Below, piece after piece: positions 46,430-56,341 of a DNA stretch of 64,000 nucleotides. Position numbers and translations under genes: made by a program. The stretch's first letter is position 1. The number at the start of each line of letters is the position of its first letter. Under the pieces are notes generated by a model, which had not been told where the DNA came from, did not search any database, and saw only the letters and a program-made list of their open reading frames with translations. Origin of the DNA: an uncultured Methanosarcinaceae archaeon (GTDB lineage Archaea; Halobacteriota; Methanosarcinia; Methanosarcinales; Methanosarcinaceae); assembly GCA_963727895.1 (NCBI GenBank), contig CAVSHT010000004.1, positions 96,001-160,000 on the forward strand, read 5' to 3'.

Positions 46430-47248
46430 CAAAAATTCACTCTTACCATTCAATCTGGAAAAAACAGATTAGGAGAACAGGAAGGATTTGAAAGCATAGA
46501 AATAAAGCCAGGGGATACCCTCTCAATTGTAGGCCCTACTGGCTCAGGAAAATCAGCTTTAATTAATGATATTGAAACTCTTGCACAGGGAGATACTGTA
46601 ACAGATCGGAGGATTCTAATCAATGACGAAGAACCTCCCGAATCCTTTGTACGGGAGCCAGCCTTCAAACCGATTGCCATGATAACCCAGAACACACGTT
46701 GTCTGGCAGATCTCTCAGTCGAAGCATTCCTGCTGATGCATATAAGAGCAAGGCGACCTGGTAGGGAAGACCTGCTTGACGAGACAATGAATCTTGCAAA
46801 TACTTTTACAGGTGAAGAGATCAGCCTTAAATGTCGTATGAGCGGCTTATCTGGAGGGCAGACCAGATCGCTTATGATTGCAGATGCACTTGTAATCGGC
46901 GATACTCCGATACTTCTGCTTGACGAAATCGAAAACGCAGGCATCTTCAAAGACCGGGTCATTCAGTCTCTTCAGGGAGGAAACAAGGCAGTTATCCTTG
47001 TAACACACGACCCTTATCTTGCTCTTACGGCAGGCAGGCGCATAGTGATGAAGAATGGGGGAGTTGCTTCTGTGATCGAGCCGGCAGGACAGGAGCAGCA
47101 TCTTATTGAATATCTTGCTTTAATCGATGACCGACTCCATCAAATCCGGGAGAAACTCAGACAGGGAGCTTCTTTCCCGTCAAGTTCTCCGAAAGTTATT
47201 TCAGAGACTGTAATGGCTGCGGTTGAACAGGAGGTAATCTACAGATGA
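46430..47248 (+). CDS. ABC-type ATPase without a permease partner
   Basis: GPTGSGKS, LSGGQTRSLMIAD, LLDEIENAG. Confidence 0.85.
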   Translation, partial: QKFTLTIQSGKNRLGEQEGFESIEIKPGDTLSIVGPTGSGKSALINDIETLAQGDTVTDRRILINDEEPPESFVREPAFKPIAMITQNTRCLADLSVEAFLLMHIRARRPGREDLLDETMNLANTFTGEEISLKCRMSGLSGGQTRSLMIADALVIGDTPILLLDEIENAGIFKDRVIQSLQGGNKAVILVTHDPYLALTAGRRIVMKNGGVASVIEPAGQEQHLIEYLALIDDRLHQIREKLRQGASFPSSSPKVISETVMAAVEQEVIYR

Positions 47249-47949
47249 AGCTCCTAATAATCGCAGGCCCTCCAAGCGGAGGAAAAACAGCTGTGATCCG
47301 CCAGGTTATAAAAAATCTCCCCGAAGGATCCCTTCTCGCCTTCCTGAAGATCGATGTTGTACATGCAACAGAAGACCAGGAACTTGCAGATGAGTTTGAC
47401 ATTCCTGTCAAAAAAATATATTCGGGAGACGTGTGCCCTGACCATATGGGAATTCTGGTCCTTGACGACGCATTACGCTGGGCCGAGAGCATTTTAAGAA
47501 ATATCCTGATAATTGAAAGCGCAGGACTCTGTCTCAGGTGCACTCCTTACACGACTTACTCTCTTGGAATTGCAGTTGTCAGCGCGATCTCAGGCACCAA
47601 TTCCCCGCTCAAAATGGCCCCTTTGCTTGCTCTTGCAGATGTGGCAGTTGTTACCAAAACTGACCTTGTATCACAGGCAGAAAAAGAGGTTTTCAGGGAA
47701 AGCATCCGAAAAGTTGTCCCGAATATTGACATAGTAGAAACAAATGCAGTTCAGGGAACAGGTCTAAGATACCTGATGAGGCGGATTGCCGAGCATCCGG
47801 ATATAGGGCCTGACCCGATCGTGCTCAGAGGTGCCCCTCCGCTTGGCGTCTGTACGGTATGTATTGGGAAAAAAGAAATCGGATGGAAAAACCACTTTGG
47901 AATCATCCGGCCGCTGGATATGCCAGAGCCCATCTACAGAGGCGACTGA
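47245..47949 (+). CDS. G3E-type (HypB/UreG/CobW-like) GTPase
   Basis: GPPSGGKT, CPDH, ESAGLCLRC, TKTD, CTVC. Confidence 0.85.
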   Translation: MKLLIIAGPPSGGKTAVIRQVIKNLPEGSLLAFLKIDVVHATEDQELADEFDIPVKKIYSGDVCPDHMGILVLDDALRWAESILRNILIIESAGLCLRCTPYTTYSLGIAVVSAISGTNSPLKMAPLLALADVAVVTKTDLVSQAEKEVFRESIRKVVPNIDIVETNAVQGTGLRYLMRRIAEHPDIGPDPIVLRGAPPLGVCTVCIGKKEIGWKNHFGIIRPLDMPEPIYRGD

Positions 47950-48056
47950 TGGTGAATAAATGGGATCCTCCGGGTAAAAACTGGAGCTTGCGGTTCCCAG
48001 ATCTGTTCGGACTTTGTTGGGCGGCTTGAAGCAGGATTAACAGAGTTAGATCTGTG
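47949..48056 (+). pseudogene. 5' fragment of an Fe-S-binding protein, truncated by an IS6 MITE
   Basis: MVNKWDPPGKN[C]GACGSQICSDF...DLC (frameshifted PGxNCGxCG motif). Confidence 0.65.
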
Positions 48057-48206
48057 GGTTCCGTTGCAAAAATAATTTTTCTGTACTTTGAGGTTATTCT
48101 TCTTTCCTTTAAATGTCATTTTAATCCAAATTTTCTCACTAAAATTATCTTATTGTGAATGTTTTCAACGATTTTGTAAAATGCTCTGATTTTTTGCAAC
48201 GGAACC
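48057..48206. mobile_element. IS6-derived MITE (150 bp)
   Basis: Perfect GGTTCCGTTGCAAAAA/TTTTTGCAACGGAACC ends. Confidence 0.85.
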
Positions 48207-48386
48207 CAAAAACTTATTGACATTGGTAATAACCTGCTCCTTGCTCATCTAGTGCTGCTGACAGAAGACATAAACGCCCTCGGCGTTGCGACGAAAATCG
48301 TCTCCACATGCTTCTCCATACTGCTGCCCGATCTCGTAGTCCGTACCCTGACACTTGATCACTTTGAGCGCCTTTGCTTCCTTCAT
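48207..48386 (-). pseudogene. 5' fragment of a peptidase C45-like gene
   Basis: MKEAKALKVIKCQGTDYEIGQQYGEA...; internal TAG; cut by the MITE. Confidence 0.55.
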
Positions 48387-48434
48387 GAAAATACACCCTC
48401 TTTACTTCATTTTAACGTCCTAACTACGCATGTT

Positions 48435-49076
48435 CTATTTTTCTCTGACCTGGATTTGAGTTTCAGTCAAAAGTTCTTCGTCGGGAATTTCTGTAGTGTC
48501 GTTTAGATATAGCTCTCCGCATAGATCAAAAAGCTCCAGATTGTTTTCTTTAACAAATGAGAGGACACTGTTGTATGCGACTTCAACTTCATAATAAGGT
48601 CCCACACATACAGCAGAAACAGCTTTAGTAGCTGGCAAGGTCTTAATCTCCATTTTTGGATCTTCTATTGAAATTTTGCCAGAAACCGGAAGTGCAATCT
48701 CAATATCGGCATCAGTTTCTTTGTTTTCACAAGCCTTATGCAAGATGTTTATGTTCTTTTGCAACTGCTGAATCTCTGCTTGAGTTTCCTTTATTTTTTC
48801 CTTAAAACACGCCTCTATATGCTCATAATTTCCATCGCTTTCCGCATCTAAAAGCTTAGAGGACTCTTCTAAGGAAAAACCGAGAGAGAGTAAGGTTTTA
48901 ATTTTCATTCCTTTTTCCAGTTGTGTACCGGTGTAATATCGATATCCTGTAAAAGGATCCTTTGCTTCCGGAACAAGCACTCCGTTTTGGTCATAGAACC
49001 TGAGAGCTTTTTTTGAGAGGCGAGTCATAAAAGAAAATATACCAATAGGAATCTGATTTATTGACATCTTGCTCAA
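48435..49076 (-). CDS. MerR-family regulator with a (shortened) GyrI-like effector domain
   Basis: IG.FS....LSKKALRFYD..G.L.P...DPFTGYRYY; palindrome TTTTCCC-CTA-GGGAAAA at 49114-49130. Confidence 0.85.
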   Translation of the reverse strand: MSKMSINQIPIGIFSFMTRLSKKALRFYDQNGVLVPEAKDPFTGYRYYTGTQLEKGMKIKTLLSLGFSLEESSKLLDAESDGNYEHIEACFKEKIKETQAEIQQLQKNINILHKACENKETDADIEIALPVSGKISIEDPKMEIKTLPATKAVSAVCVGPYYEVEVAYNSVLSFVKENNLELFDLCGELYLNDTTEIPDEELLTETQIQVREK

Positions 49077-49304
49077 TCTGCTAATTGTCCTGAGATTAGA
49101 TAAACCATCTTACTTTTCCCCTAGGGAAAACTTCAAAAAAGGAAGTGTTGTAAATCTGTTTTTTAAGTAGGTCAGCCCCCGCAGACTACACAGAACATAA
49201 TCAAATAATATTCAAATATAACCTCATCAGACTCTCATCGAAGTATCAAAGAAAAGTAATAGTAAGAAATAACTGTGACGCAATGGGAATTTGGAGTGAG
49301 AGAT

Positions 49305-49766
49305 ATGCCAAAGGTCGTAGTTGGCGGTACGTTTCAGCATCTTCATGACGGGCACATCAAACTAATCAAGAAAGCATTTAAGGTTGCAAAGGATGGGAAA
49401 GTCCATATCGGACTTGTATCGGATGAGATGCTACAGAAAAACCATAATATCGATAACTATGAAAACAGGAGAGCCCAACTGTTGCGGTATTTAAAGGAAA
49501 TAGGGGTCCATAAAGACAGATATGAAGTCGTGAAATTAAATGACCCCTACGGCTCCACTTTAAAAGAGAATTTTGACTATATAATTGTCTCTCCCGAAAC
49601 TTATCCAGTTGCCCTTAAAATTAACAGTATCAGAGAAAAAATAGAAATGGAACCTTTGGAAATTATATATGTTGAATATGTGATGTCTGAAGATAAAATC
49701 CCAATTTCTTCAACAAGGATTGAAAAAGGAGAAATTGATAAGCACGGCAAACTGAAAAAAACATGA
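49305..49766 (+). CDS. coaD: Phosphopantetheine adenylyltransferase (archaeal type)
   Basis: VVVGGTFQHLHDGH, LNDPYG, IIVSPET, ISSTRI. Confidence 0.9.
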   Translation: MPKVVVGGTFQHLHDGHIKLIKKAFKVAKDGKVHIGLVSDEMLQKNHNIDNYENRRAQLLRYLKEIGVHKDRYEVVKLNDPYGSTLKENFDYIIVSPETYPVALKINSIREKIEMEPLEIIYVEYVMSEDKIPISSTRIEKGEIDKHGKLKKT

Positions 49767-49972
49767 GTCTTTAAACATCCAAAGACCGAGGATTAAAAGT
49801 GGGTATTTTTTTGTAGGATGTAGGAATGTAAAATACATGAAAACAAAAAATTCATTTATTATAAAGAAAAGGTCTTCATAATCATTTTTAATTTTACAGG
49901 GCTTTTTATACACTGCTTGCGATGACGACAGTGTGCCTGTTTTTCCGTTAAATTATAAAAAAGGTGTATAAA

Positions 49973-51421
49973 ATGCAAGATCGGAAGGAAATCGATGATA
50001 GTGATATACATGGATATGTACATAGTCTCTCGAATACGGAGAGAATATTTCTTTGGGGTATGCGATCCAAAATAGCTGTGGTCGGTAGGATTCTTGGAAA
50101 TGTGTCCGAAAAAGACCTTGTAAGAGCGCTTCTTTATGTTCGTCGCATGCATCCGCTTATAGGGTGCAGGATCATTTTTGATGAAAACCATAATGCTCTG
50201 TGCTCAACAGATAATGTCCCTGAAACCATATTACGCATTGTAAAGAGAAAATCTGAGACTCAATGGTCCGATGAGATCCGCCACGAACATCTGATACCAT
50301 TTGAGCCTGAAATAGGACCATTGATACGATTCGTTCTTGTATATTCTCCTCAGGTTTCAGAGTTAATTGTATTTGCCCACCACAGCATATGTGATGGGAC
50401 AGCTGTGGCAAATCTTATCCATGACATCCTAGTCTGCTATTCAAATCCAGAAAAAGAAGTACAAACTATCCAACCACCAATATTAACAGATTACATTCTG
50501 AAAGATGAAAACGTGTCATCATCAAGATCTATAGAAAAACTTGCAATTAACAATTATAACAGTCAATGGAAGCAGAGTGCGCACTTATTTACTCAGGCGG
50601 ATTTTAATGAGTTGTATGCAGCCTACTGGAAGAAGAACCGGTACTGCATGATCCTCCTTCAACTTGAACCAGAAGAGACAAGGAATCTAATTACTCGATG
50701 TCGAAAGAATGGAGTAACTATAGTTTCTACAATGACTGTTGCATTTCTTGCTGCAAGGCAAGAGATCAAGGGTTCTCTTCCTGAAGATCAGAATACCGTC
50801 GGAATACCATTTGACCTAAGAAGGCATCTTAAAAAAGATAACATTAAGGCCTTTTGCTTTTTTGCTGGAGACTTCAACCTACATTTTTCATATAACCAGA
50901 ACAAATCCTTCTGGAAAAATGCCCAAGAACTACACACGATCATCTGGGAACGAGTAAAGGCGCTCGATACATCTGCCCTGAATATGAAATCTTTTGATCC
51001 GACACTGGTTGATGCCATCTTCAGCTACGCTCCTTATGTGCAGAAAATCCCGAAGGCCTTTAACAAGACAGAAAACCTTTCTGCCTTTGCCAGGGATTCA
51101 AAGAACGTAGCCTTTGCCTTATCACAGAAGATTAGATCTAAACATCCTAGCATGATAGTCACTAATCTCGGACGGCTTGATTTTCCTGAGACTTATAATG
51201 ACCTCAGACTTGATCACATTTTTTTTGCACCACCAGCCAATGAGGCTGTTCCTCTAATCTGTGGAGGCGTTGGTGTCAACGGCAAGTTGACTTTCTCCTT
51301 GGTTTTTCTAGATAAAATTGAGGAGGATAATCCATATATTAATGAAGATATGATCCGCATTCGAAACAAGGTGCTCCAATATATAGGCTTCCCAGAAAAA
51401 GCGAGTGATAGAGTAATGTGA
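49973..51421 (+). CDS. Stand-alone condensation-domain / CoA-dependent acyltransferase (PapA5/Atf-like)
   Basis: RRMHPL, HHSICDG (HHxxxDG), PFDLR, TNLGR. Confidence 0.8.
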   Translation: MQDRKEIDDSDIHGYVHSLSNTERIFLWGMRSKIAVVGRILGNVSEKDLVRALLYVRRMHPLIGCRIIFDENHNALCSTDNVPETILRIVKRKSETQWSDEIRHEHLIPFEPEIGPLIRFVLVYSPQVSELIVFAHHSICDGTAVANLIHDILVCYSNPEKEVQTIQPPILTDYILKDENVSSSRSIEKLAINNYNSQWKQSAHLFTQADFNELYAAYWKKNRYCMILLQLEPEETRNLITRCRKNGVTIVSTMTVAFLAARQEIKGSLPEDQNTVGIPFDLRRHLKKDNIKAFCFFAGDFNLHFSYNQNKSFWKNAQELHTIIWERVKALDTSALNMKSFDPTLVDAIFSYAPYVQKIPKAFNKTENLSAFARDSKNVAFALSQKIRSKHPSMIVTNLGRLDFPETYNDLRLDHIFFAPPANEAVPLICGGVGVNGKLTFSLVFLDKIEEDNPYINEDMIRIRNKVLQYIGFPEKASDRVM

Positions 51422-52047
51422 TGGATATTGAGAACAATGAGTTACAAGAGACGGGGTAAATATTAAAGTTTTGCGGCAGTGTGCTGGTTCTTCTATAAAA
51501 TTGAAATCGAAGCTAAAATTGAGGAAATGCACAGTTTTTAAGGTAAAACCTATGCACAAAGAGGTAGTGTTTCAAATCGTCTGTAAAATTGGTTCCGTTG
51601 CAAAAATCGTATCCTCTTCAAATTTGATGGGTTTTCAACCACAGAAAAAATGTATTAGTTTAGGGTCCTTAAAAAGTGGACCAATTTTTAAGGAATAATG
51701 AGCCTTATTTTTTAGATTAGATATTGTGCCAGTGTTTCCCAAATAAAAATACAGCTGGAAAATGAATTTTTTTGAATTTAAATAACTAAATATCCTAAAT
51801 ATTCTATTTAAAAGCATATTAATCCTTTTTCAATATTATATTTTATATAAAGGAAAAATGTGGTCTAATGACATAATTATGAATAAATATGATCTATCAA
51901 AATATCAAGCTATTATTACATTCAGTTATCAATTTTAAAGTTTAATTTTATTTATTATCTTAAAGTCTACGTTTTTATGGTGTATTTTTTCTTGGGAAAC
52001 TCTGATTATATACATATTGATTGAAATAAGCATTTTAGGATCTTATT

Positions 52048-52479
52048 TCACACACTCATTTTGAAGGACCTTAAACAGTTTATTATAAGTATACTTAGGG
52101 TTATGAACAAATATGGGAAGATAGATTCCATTAAAGATATAGTACTTGCACTTATAATAATAAAAACCGGATCAGTAAACCAAAAATTATTAACCCAGGA
52201 TTTGGTATAAATATTGTAAAACCAAGAACTGTTATAAAAGTTATATAGGTTATAAATAAACAACGGGATGAATAAAGCAATAAACAGTTTTAGGGAACTC
52301 GTTTTTTTCATAGCATGTCTATCTTTTCTTTTCATCCGATAGAATAAATATAAAAAAAATAATACAAATAATGCGACAATTACAATGTAACCAACCGGTA
52401 TTCCATATAATGTTACAGCATGGCTGTAAACTACTTTTCCTCCTGAACTAGAGTTAAGGATTGGAGTTTCATTTTCCAC
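52048..52479 (-). CDS. Hypothetical membrane protein
   Basis: 143-aa ORF with several hydrophobic segments. Confidence 0.55.
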   Translation of the reverse strand: MENETPILNSSSGGKVVYSHAVTLYGIPVGYIVIVALFVLFFLYLFYRMKRKDRHAMKKTSSLKLFIALFIPLFIYNLYNFYNSSWFYNIYTKSWVNNFWFTDPVFIIISASTISLMESIFPYLFITLSILIINCLRSFKMSV

Positions 52480-52678
52480 TTTTTTTAATGTTACAAAGAG
52501 TTAAATATTTATTTCTGTTATTTTGTGAACTAAACCTCTCGAAAAATTAGAGTTTTTCAACTGAATAAAAATGTTAGATATCTTTATTAATTCTCTAAGC
52601 TCTAATATTAGTCAGCAAATTTATGAAAATAATAGAAGCAGTTTGCTATACTTTATAAAATTGAGGAAAGGGAAATGT

Positions 52679-53197
52679 ATGAAAAATCAAACACTTAAAA
52701 TGCTAAAAAAGAAACAATTTTTTTTACTATCAGTCTTTTGTGTAATTTTACTGACAACTGTATATGCAAGTGCGACTTCTTTAGTTCCATCATGCCAGAA
52801 GAATGAGCCAAATCAATTTGTCCTTCAAGGCATTGGATCAAAGTATAAAGATGTACAAATAAGTTATTCAACGACCAGTATCACAGGCAAACCTGTTTTT
52901 AGCTATAAAGACTCAAAAGGCTCGGGCAGCTTCACAGGAGATGAAATCCGTACTCAACAAACAGAAATGGGTACAGTGGCCACGGTGACCTTAGAGAGTA
53001 TTCCTGACCTGCGTGTTATAACACTGACCATATTAGTACCAACAATCAATCTCGATAAATCAGCAAAAGAATTTAAAACTATTGCAATTAGAACAACTAG
53101 CAAAACTAGCATCGGTGGAGAGCACCTTATCAAAGGAGCAGTTCAATCCTATGAAGTAATTGACCTTAAAGGAACTGCTAAAAGCGTTGAGTTTTGA
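52679..53197 (+). CDS. Hypothetical secreted protein
   Basis: Signal-like N-terminus, beta-rich body; start uncertain. Confidence 0.65.
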   Translation: MKNQTLKMLKKKQFFLLSVFCVILLTTVYASATSLVPSCQKNEPNQFVLQGIGSKYKDVQISYSTTSITGKPVFSYKDSKGSGSFTGDEIRTQQTEMGTVATVTLESIPDLRVITLTILVPTINLDKSAKEFKTIAIRTTSKTSIGGEHLIKGAVQSYEVIDLKGTAKSVEF

Positions 53198-53899
53198 GAT
53201 AAAGTTCGTTGCTAAAATTTTCGTATTGTACATTAAGGCTATTATTGGTACTTTTATGCCTATTTTTTTAGAGGATTCTTCTTTTATCATTTTCTTTTAT
53301 TTTTACCTATGTTTTTCTTATCCTTTTTAGCTGTCAAAGGGGGGGTCATCGATAGGAAAAAATTTTTACTCAAAAATGAAACAAGTTTCCTGATATTTAA
53401 TTTTCACATATGTATTGGTTTTTGTATTCCATAGTATCTGGAATGAATCTAAGCTCAAACACATAGCTCTAATTAGCCGATATCGAAAATTTTCGTCGAG
53501 TAAACAAAATTAGATAAAATTTGAAGAAAATCCTTGACTTTTGGACACTTACATTAATCCCAAATTTCTAGTAGTAAGCTCAAAAGGTATGTTTCCATTG
53601 TAATATTTTGGCGTAGCCTCCAATATTTATTGTTATTGGGCAATATTCTCTCAAATTTCCCTTCTAAGAATTCCCCATTCTATGAGCCTCTTTTCGATGT
53701 CCCTCATTTCGTAATCTGTAAAAGAAAGGTTCTGATAATGTATAATAAAGCAACAATAACATAAAAATGTTGCTTTTTAAGAGAATATCTGCTTCAAAAC
53801 CCGAGATTTTACTGAAAATTGTGAGAAAAAGGCAACAAATCGTCTAAAATGTTGACTAGATTTTAGGAGATCTGCATAAATTCGATTACCGGAACCAAA

Positions 53900-54081
53900 A
53901 CGAATATGATAAAAAAGGACAAGTCAATAATCTAAATTACTCTGGTCTTGATTATGTTATATATACTAAATCAATTATTTAATATATTTCTATAATATTG
54001 ATACATCTTTTTGAAGATTTTAACTTTTGTTCATTATCCATAGATTTACATGCTTATTCTGAGATTTTTTGCAACGGAATC
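53900..54081 (+). mobile_element. IS6 3' relic with right end
   Basis: Similar to ~12182-12361. Confidence 0.7.
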
Positions 54082-54136
54082 AGAAAAACAGAGGACTTAC
54101 AAATATATATTATACAGTCTAAATAGTGTAATCGGC

Positions 54137-54643
54137 ATGGATAAATCAGATCGCAAACAAACAATATTAGTATCTCTAACACTTACTATATTAATTGCAA
54201 CAACAACTAGCAGATTTATTACTGAAGATAAAGATAGCTCCTTTTTAACATCAATTGTCTTTTTTTATGGAATGGATGTTGTATTCTTAGCGTTTTATTT
54301 TATCTATATACAGATTCAATCAAAAGAGTCCATATTGACAGAAATATTAGATTTTTGGGGACTTGTTTACATATTCTTGACTAATCTTTCATTGTTCTCA
54401 TTATTAGTATACTCAACATATCCTGATACACAAAATTATATATATGTCTCTATAATCTGTTTGATAGCTACCAACACGGTACTAGGAATCTTAATTGGAG
54501 TAGGTGCTTTCGCAGCCGCTTTTCACATTATTAAGTTAAAATGGATAAAAAGAAAAAGAATTAAAATTTTTCGTGAACCTGAAAATAAACCCCTTTCTTC
54601 ATTGGCAAGTTCGCACGTGAAGAAGAAAAAGAAGAGGATATAA
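54137..54643 (+). CDS. Hypothetical membrane protein (about 4 TM)
   Basis: Hydrophobic segments, basic tail; the longer upstream ORF start lies inside the IS6 relic. Confidence 0.55.
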   Translation: MDKSDRKQTILVSLTLTILIATTTSRFITEDKDSSFLTSIVFFYGMDVVFLAFYFIYIQIQSKESILTEILDFWGLVYIFLTNLSLFSLLVYSTYPDTQNYIYVSIICLIATNTVLGILIGVGAFAAAFHIIKLKWIKRKRIKIFREPENKPLSSLASSHVKKKKKRI

Positions 54644-54863
54644 AATATGTCTCTATGTAAACCAGTTCGACAGATCTCTATTTGATCCCAATATTCATTC
54701 CAGCGCTAGAGTTAACCTGTCAATTGCATAAATCAAATGGCCAAAAGAATCTTGTGACCCAAAAAGGACGGATCGTTGCCATGTCCCATATTCAATGATT
54801 GTAATGCTCTTATCCAGCAGGTGAGATATCATATTGACTCGTCTCGACCACTCAATTAAATGC

Positions 54864-56042
54864 TCATTTTTCGTTAAATAGCGGCTTTAAGTCCACCTCA
54901 GTCCATTCCTGCGTCTCTGGCATCCTGACCCAAATTTTCAGCTCTTTGGGCACGGCGACTATTTGATAGCTTGTGTCGTTGGGAGCTCTAAATGATCCAC
55001 CTTTCTCCAGAGGGATGTTCATGATCTCCATCATGACCTCGGGATTAAATTTTCCCTTATATTTCTCACCCAAGGCAAGCAGATTTGCACGCCTATGTGC
55101 TGTATATACGGGATCCTGATCATTTAAGGCAATAGGCACAAATCCCCAGGAAGGATCTACAAAGTGATTTGTGGCTACCAGCAGGCCAACTTTATCAGGT
55201 GTCCTACGCATGACATTAGAGGTTGCCCATTCGTAAGAGTAGGCCACTGTTTCGTTAGCTACGTTCACTACAAACGCAAGGTCAGGATAGGATGTATGAA
55301 ATTGAGCATCAATCTGGTCGAGATCAGCTGAATTCTCCAGGAATGAGAACAAAGAAATTAAAGCGGGCATTCTGTCATAACGCGGAATGTTCTCAGAGTT
55401 GTGGCCATCGTTAAGCTCCAGGAATATACCCTCCTTATTCATGCCCGATTCCATTCCGATATGTCCGATGCAGTTTATGCTTGCCAGGGGAATGCTTCCA
55501 TCATTGGGATTGTAGACGACTACAGTTGTGTACTTAGTGGGTTCCGGCCCCAGATCATAATTTCGACCGAAGACCAGCTGGCCATTGGAGGTATAGTTGC
55601 CCCAGGCAGCGACTCCTGAGCACTCCTTTACATGTGGGTTTTCTTGATGTGAGTTTATACAGATAGCTATTTCTTTGATCATATTGTTGACTATCAGCTG
55701 CTTATCAAGCCCCATACCTGAGGTCTCAGCCATTCCGTATATGATCTCCTTGTATCTTTGTGGATAAAACCTGAAGTCAGATCTTGCAGTCTGCAGTATG
55801 GCATCATATGTAAACCTGGGATCTATACTAGTGTTAGTACTCATATTGTCGTAAAATTCGTTCAGCTCATTCTTTTACAGCGTTCCATATTGTCTTCCCA
55901 TGTTCCTATAGCTACCGTGAAGCTCGACGACGTTCAGAGATCCGGCTCTGTAAAGCTTTCCATCCTCAAAGATCATTACAGGATTTTTGGTATCCAGGAC
56001 TAAACTCTCATTGGCAATGTTTGTTCCCATACTAAGATTCAT
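54864..56042 (-). pseudogene. Peptidase C45 (Ntn-hydrolase) with in-frame TAA at 55875-55877
   Basis: GSYRNMGRQYG...CSGVAAWG...GRNYD...GMNKEG...ATNHF, both parts in the same frame. Confidence 0.85.
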
Positions 56043-56341
56043 TGAATTTCTCCCCAAAATTAAATTATAATTATATAGTTAAATATATTTTCTATATTAG
56101 GTACTGTAAACTGTTTGGAATTTTGTAATCATTTAACTTATTTGCGAATGATTATTAACAAATGATCAAAAAAGATACGAACCGTTTGGTATTTGTTCGC
56201 ATATACTTTTCATGGATAATGGACTTGTTGGGCAGTGTCGCAAATTTGCTGTAAATTTGAAGTCAAGTTTTTGTGTATTAGGGGAAAATTGATCTTATGA
56301 TGTGGAATTTTCTACTCAATAACTTCTTGAGATTTGTGATT

